The translations under genes were made by a program, and so were the position numbers. From Octopus bimaculoides (taxonomy: Eukaryota): a DNA stretch of 50,852 nt. This document shows positions 24,031 to 37,718 of this stretch, one piece after another. The notes below the pieces were generated by a model, which was given only the letters and a program-made list of their open reading frames with translations, was not told the DNA's origin and searched no databases. Every line of letters begins with the position of its first letter. The first letter of the stretch is position 1. The stretch covers positions 114,524,243-114,575,094 of the forward strand of contig NC_068982.1 of assembly GCF_001194135.2 (NCBI RefSeq), in the 5' to 3' direction.

Positions 24031-24724
24031 CTAAACAAGAACAGGTTTCCTCTAAATCAACAGAAAAATTTAAGAAAATGTCTTGCAGTAGTGTTTAGTT
24101 ATGTTTCTTTATGTCCTGAGTTCAGAATACTTCTGTGGGTAGACTTCTTCTCGAGATCGATAAAATACTGGATTATTATTTCCGATTATGCTTCTTGCAC
24201 AAAATTTGTTAGCCTGTGCGTATATATCAAAATCGATATTATTATCCTTTGAATTACATCGTGTCAGTCGTACATTTTGTGTCAGTCGGGCTACACATTT
24301 ACTCCTAGAGTATGAGACCTGGAGTCATGTTTAGGAGGGAACGTTTACATTTATATATCATCTATATACATCCCTATAAAAATAAATTAATAAAAATTAT
24401 TGGTACTCTCCTACTGGCAACAGCGCACGCATTAATAAAAAAAAAAGATTAATAGAGGATTAAATTGAACCAGATGTATCATAGTATTTCATCTCAGACA
24501 TACATGATGGCAAAGTCAGGTTTTGCATTCAGAGATAGATCATATTCTGTAATTACATTTACTGCCACTTCACTGCCTGTAGAAAAAAATTATAGCTGTC
24601 TAACTTTGACAAAATGCTACAACTTCTAGGAAAGATAGAAATAGTCAAAAACACAGTAAAGCAGTGTTTGGATTGTTAGAAATTTTTAATAATGATGTTA
24701 TTGTTCAGTTATTTCCGTAGAAAA

Positions 24725-24930
24725 ATGGTTTCAAATTTTGGCACAAGTGGGCAAGTTTTTAGGAGAACGTGTTAAGTTAATTACAGTGCTCAGTTTGTAC
24801 TTATTTTATCAACCCCGAAAGGATAAAAAGCAAAGTCGACCTCTAACTCAGAACGAAAAAAAAACACGAAAGAAAAGCGGCTAAGCATTTTCTCTCCGGC
24901 GCACTAATGATTCTGCAAGCTTGCCGCATT
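24725..24930 (-). mobile_element. SINE family B copy
   Basis: TTATTTTATCAACCCCGAAAGGATAAAAAGCAAAGTCGACCTC matches the family B body. Confidence 0.8.
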
Positions 24931-25539
24931 TATTGCTGTGTGTAATAAAAACAAAACTAAATTTAATAGTCAATTTACTATGAGTCAGTATATAGGCAGT
25001 GTTCCTTTTAGTCATAAAATCGCAGTCGAATAGATGACAATGTCGACCCCTGGTAAGATTCGAAATCAGAGAAACAGAGAATGAGTTTAACAAGTGAAAG
25101 AAAGTATTGGTTTCTAACTTTGACACAGGATTACATATTTTTAAGGCACTCTTTCTTAACAAATTAAGTTATAGTCGATTCAGTCGATATTACCAATGTA
25201 TCAATACGATAGATAGATAGACAGATAGATAGATAGATAGATGTTATCATTCTCTGTTTCGATACCGATGAGATTTCGGTTCAGAACATAGTTCTAAATA
25301 CCACCAAGTATTTAAATAGATAGTCTGTAGTTTCTGATACATTAGAACTCAAGAGAATAATTTTTTTATATATAACACTATTGGTTCGGTTAGTGCTTTA
25401 CATTAACAATAACGTTATTATAGGTAGCATCACTTCATCTGCCTCGTCTACGACATCCTCTTCTTCTTTATGCTGCACACCTAACACTGACCAATCCATC
25501 TGTTTCTATATATGACAAGGTCAACAGTTTATCTTTTTT

Positions 25540-25892
25540 CTTTTATCTTTTACTTGTTTCAGTCTTAGCTGTAGCCATGCTGGAGCATTTCTTCGAAGAA
25601 TTTTTAGTCGAAGGAATCGACTCCAATACTTGTTTTTGTAAGTGTTACGAGGGCATAAACACACCAACATCGGTTGCCAAGAGGTGAAGGCGGACAAACA
25701 CAAACACAACGAAACGCACACACACATATATCTACATATACGACGGGATTTTTCTGTTTCCGTCTACCAAATCCACTCACAAGGCTTTGGTTGCCCAAGG
25801 CTATAGTAGAAGACATTTGCCCAAGGTACGACGTAGTGGGACCGAACCCAGAAACCAGTTGGGAAGCACACTTCTTACCACACAGCCACGCC
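25540..25892 (-). mobile_element. Near full-length tRNA-derived SINE (family A)
   Basis: The reverse complement starts GGCGTGGCTGTGTGGTAAGAAGTG..TTCCCAAC..GGTTTCTGGGTTCGGTCCC and ends GAAACAAGTAAAAGATAAAAG. Confidence 0.85.
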
Positions 25893-26596
25893 ATTAAATC
25901 GGGTAATACTCCAAGCTTGATCCCCATTAACAGTTGAAATGCATGTCTTTTACAAAGCTCTCTCAATGCACTACGGCTCTGTAGCTCGGTTTTTTGTGAC
26001 TCAAAATCAGTACAAGCAACTATTTACGTAAAGTAACTAAAACAAGGCGCCATCGCGTTGTTGCTTACTTTACGTACATTATTTTACCATATGTGGTTCT
26101 TTCGATTTGCAAGAAAAAGCAACTAAATCTGACTTCCAACCCCACCCTAGAGTCTTCAAAACAGGAAGGACACTCTTGATATCCAGAAAGGCCAGTGACT
26201 AAATTGCGATAGTAACAATGGTAACGAGTCAACGAGAAAATCTCTTTTCAGTTGTTCGACCCGCAAGAATAAGCAGTCAAATCTCCCTTAAATCATACCA
26301 TCCGTCTTGAATAAAATGGATACAATGGACAACAGGCTCAAAAACACAGGAAGGTCACGATTGGGATGCTTTTACCATTAAATCTGCTCCATCAAATTTG
26401 GCCTGGTGCTAAGCATCGGCAACAAGCGATGAAGTGGTAGAGTCATTACAGCGTTGAGTAGAACGCCATGTGATATTTGTTCCGTATCTCTGCGCTCTGA
26501 TTTCAAATCTCTCTGAAGTCAACATGGACTTTCTTCTCTTCGTGATCGATAAATGTTGCATCCTCTGTCTCCAATGTCGTGGTACCGCCACGATAT

Positions 26597-26884
26597 TGTA
26601 ACGGATGGTTTAGATACATTGTACCAGTATAGGAACAGTAAACAAGATAACGATGCAGCCGTAATAACAACGTAACGATCCAACAATCTCTTCACGAATC
26701 AACAACCAATATTCCAAATGAACTAACCAACCGACACCTTCTTACTTCACTGCGAGCTCCACTCGAACTATAACACACAAACTTCACTCCGACCGCTGCT
26801 ATTTATAATCACTCGGACCACTGTATTTCTTGCAAGGGAGCGTCGTGACTCATCACAACAATAAAGTACCAGTCAAGTAATACA
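26597..26884 (-). mobile_element. Putative solo LTR (288 bp)
   Basis: TGTA...TACA termini and flanking 5-mers GATAT/GCTAT (TSD with one mismatch). On the minus strand there is TGAGTCA, then TATAAATAG, a GT-rich body, and an ending CTAAACCATCCGTTACA. Confidence 0.55.
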
Positions 26885-29043
26885 GCTATTTCTTTCTGTT
26901 CTTCTCCCCCTTTTGTTTTCCTTCGTCTTCTCTTCTTAGAATTAGTTATGGGGAAGGGAGTCTGAAAAATGCTTTTAAATTGCATTCCCACTAATCCTTT
27001 TGGCATTTCTCAATGGACTTGCTATGAAGAAATAACTTGTCACCCGAACAGCAACGAGAGACATCACCTCCGAACAATGCTTTGTTCGGGATAAATATAA
27101 GTGGTATATTGTTTCATGTTGTAGTTGTTGTTGTTGTTGTATTTGTTGTTCCCGTCATTTAGCAACCTTATGGTGAACCGCATTTCAGCAGTGAACGTCT
27201 TATCATTTTAGGGGCAGTCGTTTTATTTCTAAAATCGTAGAATGATATTTGAAAGAATATTGGCTGTTATTTCTAGCAGACTGATTAGCCATGTATCCCT
27301 CGCTTGGTTCACTATCTCATTGTCTGGTGGTTGCTTCTGACGATCAGCAGACAAAGACGAGTTAAACAATCGACGGATTAAGTCAGTAAACAGGTTGTTT
27401 TTTGTTTTGGTTGAATTATGCCATTTCATCCATCAATGAGAACTATAATCAAAGGTCTTCTTGATATAACCATATCATCTTATTTTTCAGGCATAGTACA
27501 TTTAGGATTACATGATCCTATGTATACGACATTTCTTAAAGATTGTAGAGGACGATTTAAAAGGGATATAATTGCTACATCTAGCATTACGAGAGACCAC
27601 CTAGAGGTTCCTTCTTGAATTTTTTCTTCAGTTTATGCCATGTAAAACCGGTTTAATCGCAGAAGGAAGAAGAGCAGTGTTCATGACTCCTTTCAGAATC
27701 TGTGAGACTACTGGGAGAAAATATGAAGTTGTCCTGAGACCAGAAACTTGCTCCTAATATTTGCAATAAAAACACCCAAAGGTGGTGTTAAACCGGGCGA
27801 CAGGTGAGTCTACTTCTGACGGGCTTCAATACCGTCTCCGTCTACGAATGCCGCCAATCGACCCGAAGCTGAGATAGAATACACCCCAAAATCACACAGT
27901 CAGATGGAAATTGGAACCATGTCGTTGCGAAGTGACATGCCTCCAATTTTTATCTATACTACCATTTTCAAGATTCACATAAGCTTGATAATATCTTATT
28001 ATCTGCCTTCTTTGAAGATGCTTGGCCATGTTTCAAATCGAATGAAATGAATGACAGTAGTGTGAAATGTGGAGAGCAAAAATGATCTCTAAGAAAAAAA
28101 TTTAACTAATTACAGTTGCTTCATTTATTTTTTATTAATTGTTTCATCGGTTTTAAATGGATTTTCTTTTATTCCCTCAACATGACCATAACCTGTCTTG
28201 TTCCTTTTTAATTAAGCTCGTTTTCGGTTGTTCTTTTTTTTTAGTAATATTATAAATTTATTCCGTAAAAGTGATTTTCAAAAAATCAATGGAATGTGAT
28301 CGATCTCAAAGTATGACCGAAACTTATTTTACGGCTCTAATTAATTCGGACGATCCACATTCTCCCACAAACTATGCCTTTATAGTTTCTCTGAAAACAG
28401 TTATTGCTAACGAATCATCTTCAAGCTTTGGGAATATTTTTATGCACGGGAAGACTACAAAATTTACAAACGGCATTGCTTCGGGTGTGACAAAATAGCC
28501 TCCAAAGATCCATTTTCCGTACCGCAGAATGACTAATATTACTACTACCGTTATCAATAATATTGGTGGACTGCTGTCGACGCCTCAACAAGGCACAGTA
28601 AACTAAATCCACATCTGCCCCGGATCTGTGTAAGAGGAACGCCACCTTATGATCACCTGTGTGCAGGATCAAAGATAAATACTTCCTGTAACATCCTCTA
28701 ACTGTCCCCGTCAACCCTTTTCATATCGTCACTGGACCTATGAAGAAAGTGTAATGATGTTGGTGCCGGTTTCTTTACTGAAAAACCTGTTCGATGAATA
28801 ATATTTTAGTGGGTATGATCTGTGCAGCCGGACCCTCTTCTCTCGTTCTACAAGCTTGTACTGGTCTAGTGTGACATGTGCAGTGAACCCAATAGTTATC
28901 AGAATGCAGGATTTGTATGGAATTACTTTTTCTTCGATGAGCGGCTAAAGAGTTAATAGGCCTTACCTTCCCTGGATCCGTTGGAGTGTCAGTAGGTGAC
29001 CTTCTTCCTGACACAATTCAGTGAATCAGACTGTATGCACAAT

Positions 29044-29256
29044 AAGGCGGCAAGGTGACAGAATCTTTAGCACGCCTGGCAAAATGCTTAACGGCATTCT
29101 GTCCGTCTTGAAGTTCTGAGTTCAAATTCCGCCGAGGTCAGCTTTGCCTTTCATCCTTACGGGGTCGATGAAATAAGTATCAGTTAAGTACTGGGATCGA
29201 TGTAATCAACTAGTCCCACGCCTCATATTTCAGGCCTTGTGCCTATAGCAGAAAGG
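29044..29256 (+). mobile_element. Full-length SINE family B copy with (ATT)n tail
   Basis: AAGGCGGCAAGGTGACAGAATC...GAGTTCAAATTCCGCCGAGGTC...GGCCTTGTGCC, then ATT repeats. Confidence 0.85.
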
Positions 29257-29446
29257 ATTATTATTATTATTGTTATTGCACAATCGAGTGCAGCTGTGTC
29301 CCTTGTTGTGCTGTGTTGTCCTTTTTTTCGGGGTGGGGTGGTTGTATTGACTGTCTTGTACCTAATATGTTTACATAGCATAGTAGTGCTACTACGTATA
29401 CCAGCAGAAAGACCGCCCGGAGGGCAGTTTTCTGTTATTCAAACCT

Positions 29447-29456
29447 AGAGAGAGAG

Positions 29457-29526
<70 letters not shown>
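29447..29526. repeat. (GA)n(GT)n microsatellite
   Basis: Direct reading. Confidence 0.95.
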
Positions 29527-29529
<3 letters not shown>

Positions 29530-32471
29530 ATATTAGAGAGACAGTGTGGGGGCGAGAGGTGGAGAGCATTGCAAAAAATGAATGAAATAAATATGAAATG
29601 AAAAATCGTATAAATAAAAGCTCGTTAAAAACTATCTTGTACCGAATATCTAAGTTTGTGAACTTGAAATTCAATAATAAAAGGAAGTTCAGAAAATAAA
29701 TTTTCCTGAAAACTTCAATTTATAAAAAAAATTCACTTGCTTAGTAAATATTTCTTGCAATAATTTATCGTAATTGTAATATATCTGTAATTTAAACAAG
29801 CTTCAAGGTTTAGCGTGCAAGAAATAGCAGCGATCACATAGTTATTACTGTAAGGCTTATAGCATTCCAAACAGCCATACCAACAAAATCACTTAATTTT
29901 TTTATTTTTAATTATACCAGTATATTAAAAAAATTTTCATTTTATCAAAAATAAGCCTCAAAGTTATTCAGCTGTTTTGTCTAATAGCCTTCATTCATTC
30001 ATTCATTCAGTAAATAATGTTTTTACATTACGTGTATAGAATAAACTATGAGTTTTCAAATAGCGAATTAAAACTTGAAATGGAAACATTAATGAATATA
30101 TATTGAATTATCATTAATGAAAATAGAGGCGGGAGAGAGTGAGGGACTGTTGCAAAACAGGGAATTCGCCTGCAACGAATTAATATTATTTATTAAATCT
30201 ACTCCGTAGTGAATGCAACGAATATTTAAATTTGTGAAAAATTTGTAGTTCAAATATTCAATAACCTTCAGAAATCGAAATTATAGGAAATTGATTGGAA
30301 CATGAATTTATAAAAAAATTCCAGACGGTGAAGCCTTTAATAATTGCTTTCTTTTGGTAACTGTCACATACCTAATTAATAAGAAGCTTTCTCCAGTATA
30401 ACATAGATATAATTGTGTGTATATCTAAATCGCGGTGTGTGGGGTTATAAACATATGTATTTTTGTTGTTATTGTTATTACTGTTGTTGCTGCTGTTATT
30501 CCTGCTGTTGTTAAACTTTAGGCCAACCGTGATTAAGCAGATTTACCAAAATCATTCGAATCACTTCTTTTTTTTTCGATCTGTCATACCCCGCATACCA
30601 AACATTACATTATCATACGTGCCTTCCTTTTTTTTTTAAAGACAACAGTGTGATATTTTTGTTTATGCTAATAGTGGTGGTGTGGGCGGCGACTGCGTTA
30701 GCGTCATTATTGTGTTGTTATCGTAATGATTGACGTCGACTCATCATCATCGGCAATACATTTTATCAATTTTCTCTTGACTTTGTCCTTTCATTCACTG
30801 TTGGCGCGAATTGTACGATATAGCCAAAATATAAAGAAAATCCTTTGTGAGAAATGTCAACTGCCTGAAATAATGGTGTAAAACTCATGTATCGGTGCTT
30901 AGAGTGGTTAAATTTTAAATAACATGTAACCCATTTGTTTTATCAAAATATTTTGCTATGCCTGTTGGTAAACATGTTACAACGTGTATATTCACTGCCT
31001 TTTCATTGGCTTTCAATCATAGCATTAACCGTTTATTAAATGCCTTATTCTTCAAACAAAACCATCTCAGTTCTTGTAATCTTTTATTTCATTTCTTTAT
31101 TTAATTTCATAAACATACATGTTTATTTAGCTGTTCATTATATTATATAATTTTTTTTCCTACGTTCGTTGATTTATTTCTTGAATTGCGTATTTAGGGT
31201 ATTTAGATTTTAAGTGAAAAATTTGCCGTACGACAACCTAATCACATTCCGTCCGCTTGAACTAATTTTTTCTTTAACTTTAGTCGGCGTATTAGTAGTG
31301 GAGCATAACAGATCAGATCGATCTGTGCAACCATCCAAGAAATACAGATGATTTCCTTCTAGCTACTTTGTGCTACACACACAACTCTGAATATCGTATT
31401 ATTCTGAGAAGGAAAAGATGATTGTGAAAGAGAAAAAAAGGAGGAGGGAGTAACAGCAGAGGTTTTTAAAAGGCTACTCAGTCTATTCAAGTGTTGATGT
31501 GTTCAGAAACACATCTGCTTAGGCCTGATACGCAAAGCTATATCTTTATTTTCTCCTTAACGTAAAGTGTGTGCGTGTGTTTATGCATTTATATATGTGC
31601 ATATATATAGATATATCTATATACAGATAGACATTACACACACACGCACACACGCACATATATATATAATTCTTTTACCAGTTGGACTGCAACTAAACTG
31701 GGGCACCATCTTTAAAGTTTTTAGCGGAACATATCGACATTTGTACTCCAAACTGAATTCATTGTTTTCTATTTCTCGCTCCGCTTTCTTATGGAACAGA
31801 AGCACAGTATAAACAATAGTGCCATTGTGAATGTAAACACAGACCCTCACACACGCGCGCACGCACACACACATACACACACACACATCTCCTTATTTCT
31901 CATCGTATATGTATGTGCATTTGTGCGTGTGTATGTATTTATTAATTTTAATCATATCAAACACTGATAGTCTACTCTGAGTTTCAAAATGGACCTATCT
32001 AGGTCGGCTTGAGGCAAAACTCAGAGCAAACTGTCGACTTTTGATATAAATAACTTTAATAAATGTATCTCTCCACTCCTAATTTCCCAAAATTTTTTGT
32101 GCGAACTCAGAAGGGAAACAAAAATCTAGCGGTGATTGTTAGCGACTCTAAATGACTAAGTTAAGCACGTTTCTTAAATGAATTATTATCGTGCTACAAG
32201 AAGGCATATTGATTTTCATTTCGAAAGTGAGGCAGCTATGAATTCATGTTTCTGCCTCAATAAGTGTCATCAGCCTAACATTGTCATTTATTGACTTCGA
32301 AACCAGATTAAGGCATTTCCATGTACGAAAAGTGAGTCAAAAACATTCATGCTTAATATGTGTGCGTGTATATATGTGATATACCCATATACACTTATAT
32401 ATACATACATGTGTGTATGTGTGTGTGCATGTATGTGCATGCATGTATGTGCATGCATGTATGTATGTATG

Positions 32472-32580
32472 TCATTATTCAGTTTTATTTCACGATTTCA
32501 TGCTAATAGAGAAAGAGCCGGTTTCTAACCTAGAACCAAGGCTCCTTCATTGGAATTTCAACATCAACAGGGTATTTTTG
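32472..32580 (-). mobile_element. Isolated 3' UTR of the CATA-associated RLE LINE family
   Basis: Matches 46303-46390 (TCATTATTCAGTT.TATTTCA...TTTCTAACCTA...CCAAGGCTCC...ATTGGAATTTCAACATC...AACAGGGTATTTTTG). (TATG)n lies on both sides. Confidence 0.75.
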
Positions 32581-32711
32581 CATGTATGTATGTATGTATG
32601 TATGTATGTACGTACGTACGTACGTACGTGTGTAAGTATGTAAGTATGTATGTATGTATGTATGTAAGTATGTATGTATGTATGTATGTATGTATGAATG
32701 AATGTAATATG

Positions 32712-32860
32712 GAAAGCCGCATGGCTTAGTGGTTAGGATGTTACGCTCATGTTCATAAGATTTCGATTCCCGGGCTGGGCGATGTGTTGTGTTCATAAGC
32801 AAAACATTCCACTTCACGTTACTCCAGTTCACTCAGCTGGTGAAAGATGAATAATGCTGG
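32712..32860 (+). mobile_element. tRNA-derived SINE head fragment (family C related)
   Basis: A box TGGCTTAGTGG and B-box-like TTTCGATTCCC. Confidence 0.7.
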
Positions 32861-34488
32861 CGCGTCCCGTCCATCTCTATTTTATTTCTATTTCGGCTGA
32901 CCATGCAGAACCACCCTCGTTTGTTTGTCATAGTCATAATATAAGATAGCAACTTCTAATGCACACTGTGAGTTATTGATTTGCGTGATAAAATGTAATC
33001 CTTATTCTGAATGATCAGTGCAATTTTAAATACTTCAAATGCATTATTAATTCGCTTGTTACTAAATATTCCTCCATTTAACTTACGCTTGAAACGAAGA
33101 AACTTTATTCTTACGTGGAGTACAACCTATAAACCTAAATAATGATAATACTGCTGGTCTACTACATGAACTGAAATCTAATTTTTAGATGTCAATAGCT
33201 TATTGTTTTGGCTTCATATGGTTGAAAGACAAAGTTGAAACTTATATGATTTGATCTCGGGATTTTTTGTCAGCGTGCATCAAATTGTAAGAAGTGCCAC
33301 GGAAACCAAAATGAAACACTGTGAGAGGATAAAGAATGCCTATGTGATCGATTTAAGTAAATACCTCACAGAAGTAGTCGCCAAATTCCTCTCCAGTATT
33401 AACTCACCGTCTTAAAAAGGAAGGACAGTCCATTAACCCGTATATACCCATGGTTGCGTTTTCGCAACGCAAAACCTGCTCCTACTTGTTTGGATATGAA
33501 CTCGCATATATGGGTTAAATAACATATTTGTAGACCTGTTATGCCTGAAAAATGGTGAGGTGATCAAAGCTAGAAGGCCTCTTGTTATACATCTGCTCAA
33601 TAAAGGTGGCCTGAAATAATCGAAAAGTTCTAGCAAGTCAGTATGCAAAAGTGATTTCAACACATTTTTGTGACCTAGTCATGGAGAAATGGCAATAACT
33701 CTTCATTTATTGCACATCTTTCATGACTGAGAGGGGCAGTCAACGAATTAAGCTTACTTCATGGGTTGTTGTCGAGCAGGAGACCTTGTCGAATTCTTGT
33801 AACAAAATGGAACTCATATAAAGAACCTCCTGTTTGTCAGACAACCATTAATACTCATAAAATCTGGATAAAAATACACATTTTCATTTTCCCCAACTCA
33901 TACTTTTGTGTCTGGTAAAATAAATGATAATACTTAGCCTGATCCGTCGAACCAGCGATGAATTATTTATGCAACTACTCGACCTGTTAGAAAAAGCAGC
34001 CAAATTCCTTCCAAACCATACTCTCAAAAGAAAGGGTATATGGTGGTGGCGATAGTAACGTTTTGATCCTAAGTTTCTTCCATTAGGATGGAATTGTGTC
34101 TAACAGCAGCACCACTACCATATTTATCGCCATATTCATCAATATCGCAAACTAACAAACTACGGCAACGATATGTCAATAATCACATCCTACTGTCTCA
34201 AAAACACTGGTTTCTATACGGTAAGAAAAACAATGATGGCCATAATTCTTATCATAGGTCTACTGGGTCTGAGTTGATTTAGGACTAAACTTACAATAAT
34301 TGTAGCAACTTGCTATAAATAGTAGCCAAATCATGATAGTCTACTCGTTTCCAATTGACCTAAAGCGAAGCAACAACGTCATTGTGTGCAAGAGATTATT
34401 CAATAGAAATGCAGGATTATTTAATACATCTATAGATTCATGCTGTTTAAATAAATCTATTACGGTCATATTATTAAATCAATAAATA

Positions 34489-34726
34489 CGAGGGTGGGCT
34501 GAATACTTCATAGGCTGGCTATGAAGGAGTGGTGCTAGAGCAGTGAAATCTTGCATGCATTAATTTCAACTCGTCTCATTAATATTTGCATTGTTTCCTT
34601 CCTGGTAAACTGACGCCGCAATGTGTGTGAACCGCAAGGGGGACAATGTTGAAAAATAAACCCCATTTAGTTACATTCCATGAGAGTATCTTGGTCAGTC
34701 TATGAACTTTTCAACCAACCCCCGTG
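34489..34726. mobile_element. Mariner-type MITE (~240 bp)
   Basis: Left TA|CGAGGGTGGGCTGAATACTTCATAGGC and right inverse TA|CACGGGGGTTGGTTGAAAAGTTCATAGAC form an imperfect TIR of about 28 bp. Confidence 0.65.
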
Positions 34727-35913
34727 TACAACCGTATATATTAAGCCTACAATGTATATGTCTGGGCAAGGGACCAGTAAATTTATACATATATTTACAT
34801 TTCGTACATTTTTATAGTAAAAGTATTTACTACACCTCTATGCAGTCGCTGGTACATAGAGTAAAATAATGTGTCAATAAAATGCACATAATGCCTTAAG
34901 TCATTAACTATTGCTATCATGTGGTTGACTTGTTCATGAAATTATTGATATTTCTTGGAGTAGTCTCTATTAATATCACATTCTTAAAAAGTCATAAAAC
35001 TGATAGTATTATATTATATAGTCTTCAGAGTTGAATTTGAAGCGTAAATATCGAAATAACAATGTCTTTTCGCATACATTTTATCGTCTTGTTAAATGAT
35101 ATTCTTCGTTTATTCAATATGAATTAAATGCCGTTTCTTTATACAAAACAGACACTTTTCTTTCTTTCGAATAGACATTTTGTCCCAAAAGTCCAAAAAA
35201 TTTATATCGTTCTTTTTGTATAATTTTTTTTTATCTATTTTCTTTATATAATCCACCTAGTTCCTTATATCTGTCAGCATATTTTGACGTTTTATATATT
35301 TTTTCTCTCATTTTTATGCTTTGCATTGAAGCCATATAAAGGAATTCCTATGTGATTAGAAAAATTTCACAAATTCAATTATACAGCGGATGCGGTCACA
35401 TTTTGCCATTGGCGTCACATTCCTGATGGGTTTTTACTGTGTGAAAAGACAAGATGGCTGCCAGTAGAATTCAATACTTTTATTTCTTCCCGATCTTCCA
35501 CTTATTTATTTGTATTTATTTTTCCCTTTACGTTCCTTTTTGAATGTCTCTTTTTTATCAAACTCAAATTTTCTATCCAACTTCAATTTATCATGTCCTT
35601 GAGGATAAATTTAAAAGCATACTTTTTTTTGCTATCAACTGGTATCATTTCAATATATTTTATTAATCAAAGTTGCGAATAAATATATATGAATAGGTAT
35701 ATGCATGCTTCTGTCTCTCATAAAAGTAGAATAAATAATATAAGTACATCGATACACATATGTACAAACTTATTTGTAGATATATTTATACATAGATATA
35801 GTCCTATATTTAAATATATGTGTTTGTATATACTTTCGCACATATATGCGCAAGCCTGTTTCTATTCCACTAATACTTTCTATGAAATAGTTTTATGTAT
35901 AGATCGATAAATA

Positions 35914-36080
35914 GATAGACAGATACATACATACATACATACATACATACATACATACATACATACATACATACATACGTACGTACATATATACGTGTGT
36001 GTGTGTATGCATGTGTGCGTTGGCAAATATATATATATATATATATATATATACGTGTGTGTGTGTGTGTGTGTGTGTGT
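35914..36080. repeat. Compound (GATA)/(TACA)/(TA)/(TG) microsatellite
   Basis: Direct reading. Confidence 0.93.
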
Positions 36081-36592
36081 AAGCGTTTGAGTGTGTGTGC
36101 ACACGTAAATTTATGAGATAAATATGAATGATACCCTAAACTGTGGTTTCGTTTGGTCGGCTCATCGACCATTTCCTAACAGAAAAGTAGACTCGGGATG
36201 TAACCCATGACAACGACAGAGGAAAAGCCAATGCAGGAAGGGAAATTACGGAGGCCGACTTTCTGAGAAGAAAGCATTAGCCATAATCGTTAATGTGGAA
36301 TATTGAGTTCGATTTCAGACAAAATGGGTTATGATAGGCAATAAGAGAAGATTGTTAAAGTGCAGGTGATACGGTGCAGACCAGAGACAGACATAGGGGA
36401 GAGAGCATTTCTTTGATTAAAATGTTGGAGCATGTTTGTGGGGGTCACCATACCAGTCACTGGAATGGCCTAAAGTGATAAAAGCAGACATAAATGTACA
36501 TGCTCACCAATGAGTATACGTACATACAGATACCCACAATACATACAACCGACAAAATCGCATATTAACACATTATAGCTACATATGTACAT

Positions 36593-36645
<53 letters not shown>

Positions 36646-36695
36646 NNNNNNNNNNNNNNNNNNNNNNNNNNNNNNNNNNNNNNNNNNNNNNNNNN
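36646..36695. other. Assembly gap between (CA)n and (TA)n
   Basis: N characters. Confidence 1.
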
Positions 36696-36734
<39 letters not shown>

Positions 36735-37639
36735 ACAACACTTACACAGTAATATACCTACAAATACACATCCATCATACAAGCATAGTGAAGGCTCCCC
36801 GTCGGTCGGTGTTCATTACTTATCTGTATTACATTTGCAGGGTGGTGCAAAGTTTTTGGGAAGGTTAACCGTGTTCCATGCCAACAAGTCTTCCTATTGC
36901 GAGCCATCAATATTGTTTAAGGGAATAACTCCAGCTTTGAGGTCCACATAGCTTGGCACCATGCACTCCAACAGATTCGACCTACAAATTTCGATCTGCT
37001 ATAGTCGATGCCGTCAACATGGACCCCGCGGCTTTTGCTAAGAACTGAAGCAATTACTACAGTCACAAATAAAATCAGCTTATCGACGCGAATGTTGTAA
37101 TGACAGCTTATTAATAGTATTAATGGCAGTAAAACATTTCTCAGTCCTACTGAGACACTATTGGGATCTTCAGATAAGAAAAAAAGACCTTTTTCGTTTT
37201 TGTTTTTGCTTTTTGTTTTGTATAGGTTGTCAATAACAATAAAGTCAGTAGAGGACTGAATAGAGCCAATTTAATCGACTATTACCTCTCTCCCCACTAA
37301 ACACTGACGCCTTGTGCCTATGTTAGAAATCAGGGTTGTTGTGAACTGATAGTTTCATTAATAAATATATTTAATGCTTCTGGAGTATTTATGTCCCCTT
37401 ATATTCTGTGTTTAAACCCTTCCGAGGTCGACAACTTTGACTTCTCATCCTTCCAGAGTCGATAATATAGATATTACTCAAACACTAGAATTCAGACAAT
37501 AGATTATTCACACACTAAAAATGTATGATTTATGCTTTTATGAGGAATCATTTACTAACTCTTACATCTTTTAAAATTATTTCCTTGTCTCATCCTCACC
37601 TCTACCAATATTTCTATAGAATACCTTTTCAAATTTGGT

Positions 37640-37675
37640 TCTATCATCATTTATCATTATCATCATCATATTCAA

Positions 37676-37718
<43 letters not shown>

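Noticed and set aside
29325-29450. G-rich GGGGTGGGGTGG and hairpin GCCC-GGA-GGGC before CTAG (G-quadruplex or Helitron 3' end)
   Set aside because: Only two full G-tracts; the hairpin is short, about 19 nt from CTAG, and CTAG is followed by A rather than T.
36135-36180. Minus-strand GATGAG...GAAACCAC hammerhead-like string
   Set aside because: The core is mutated and stems II and III do not pair.
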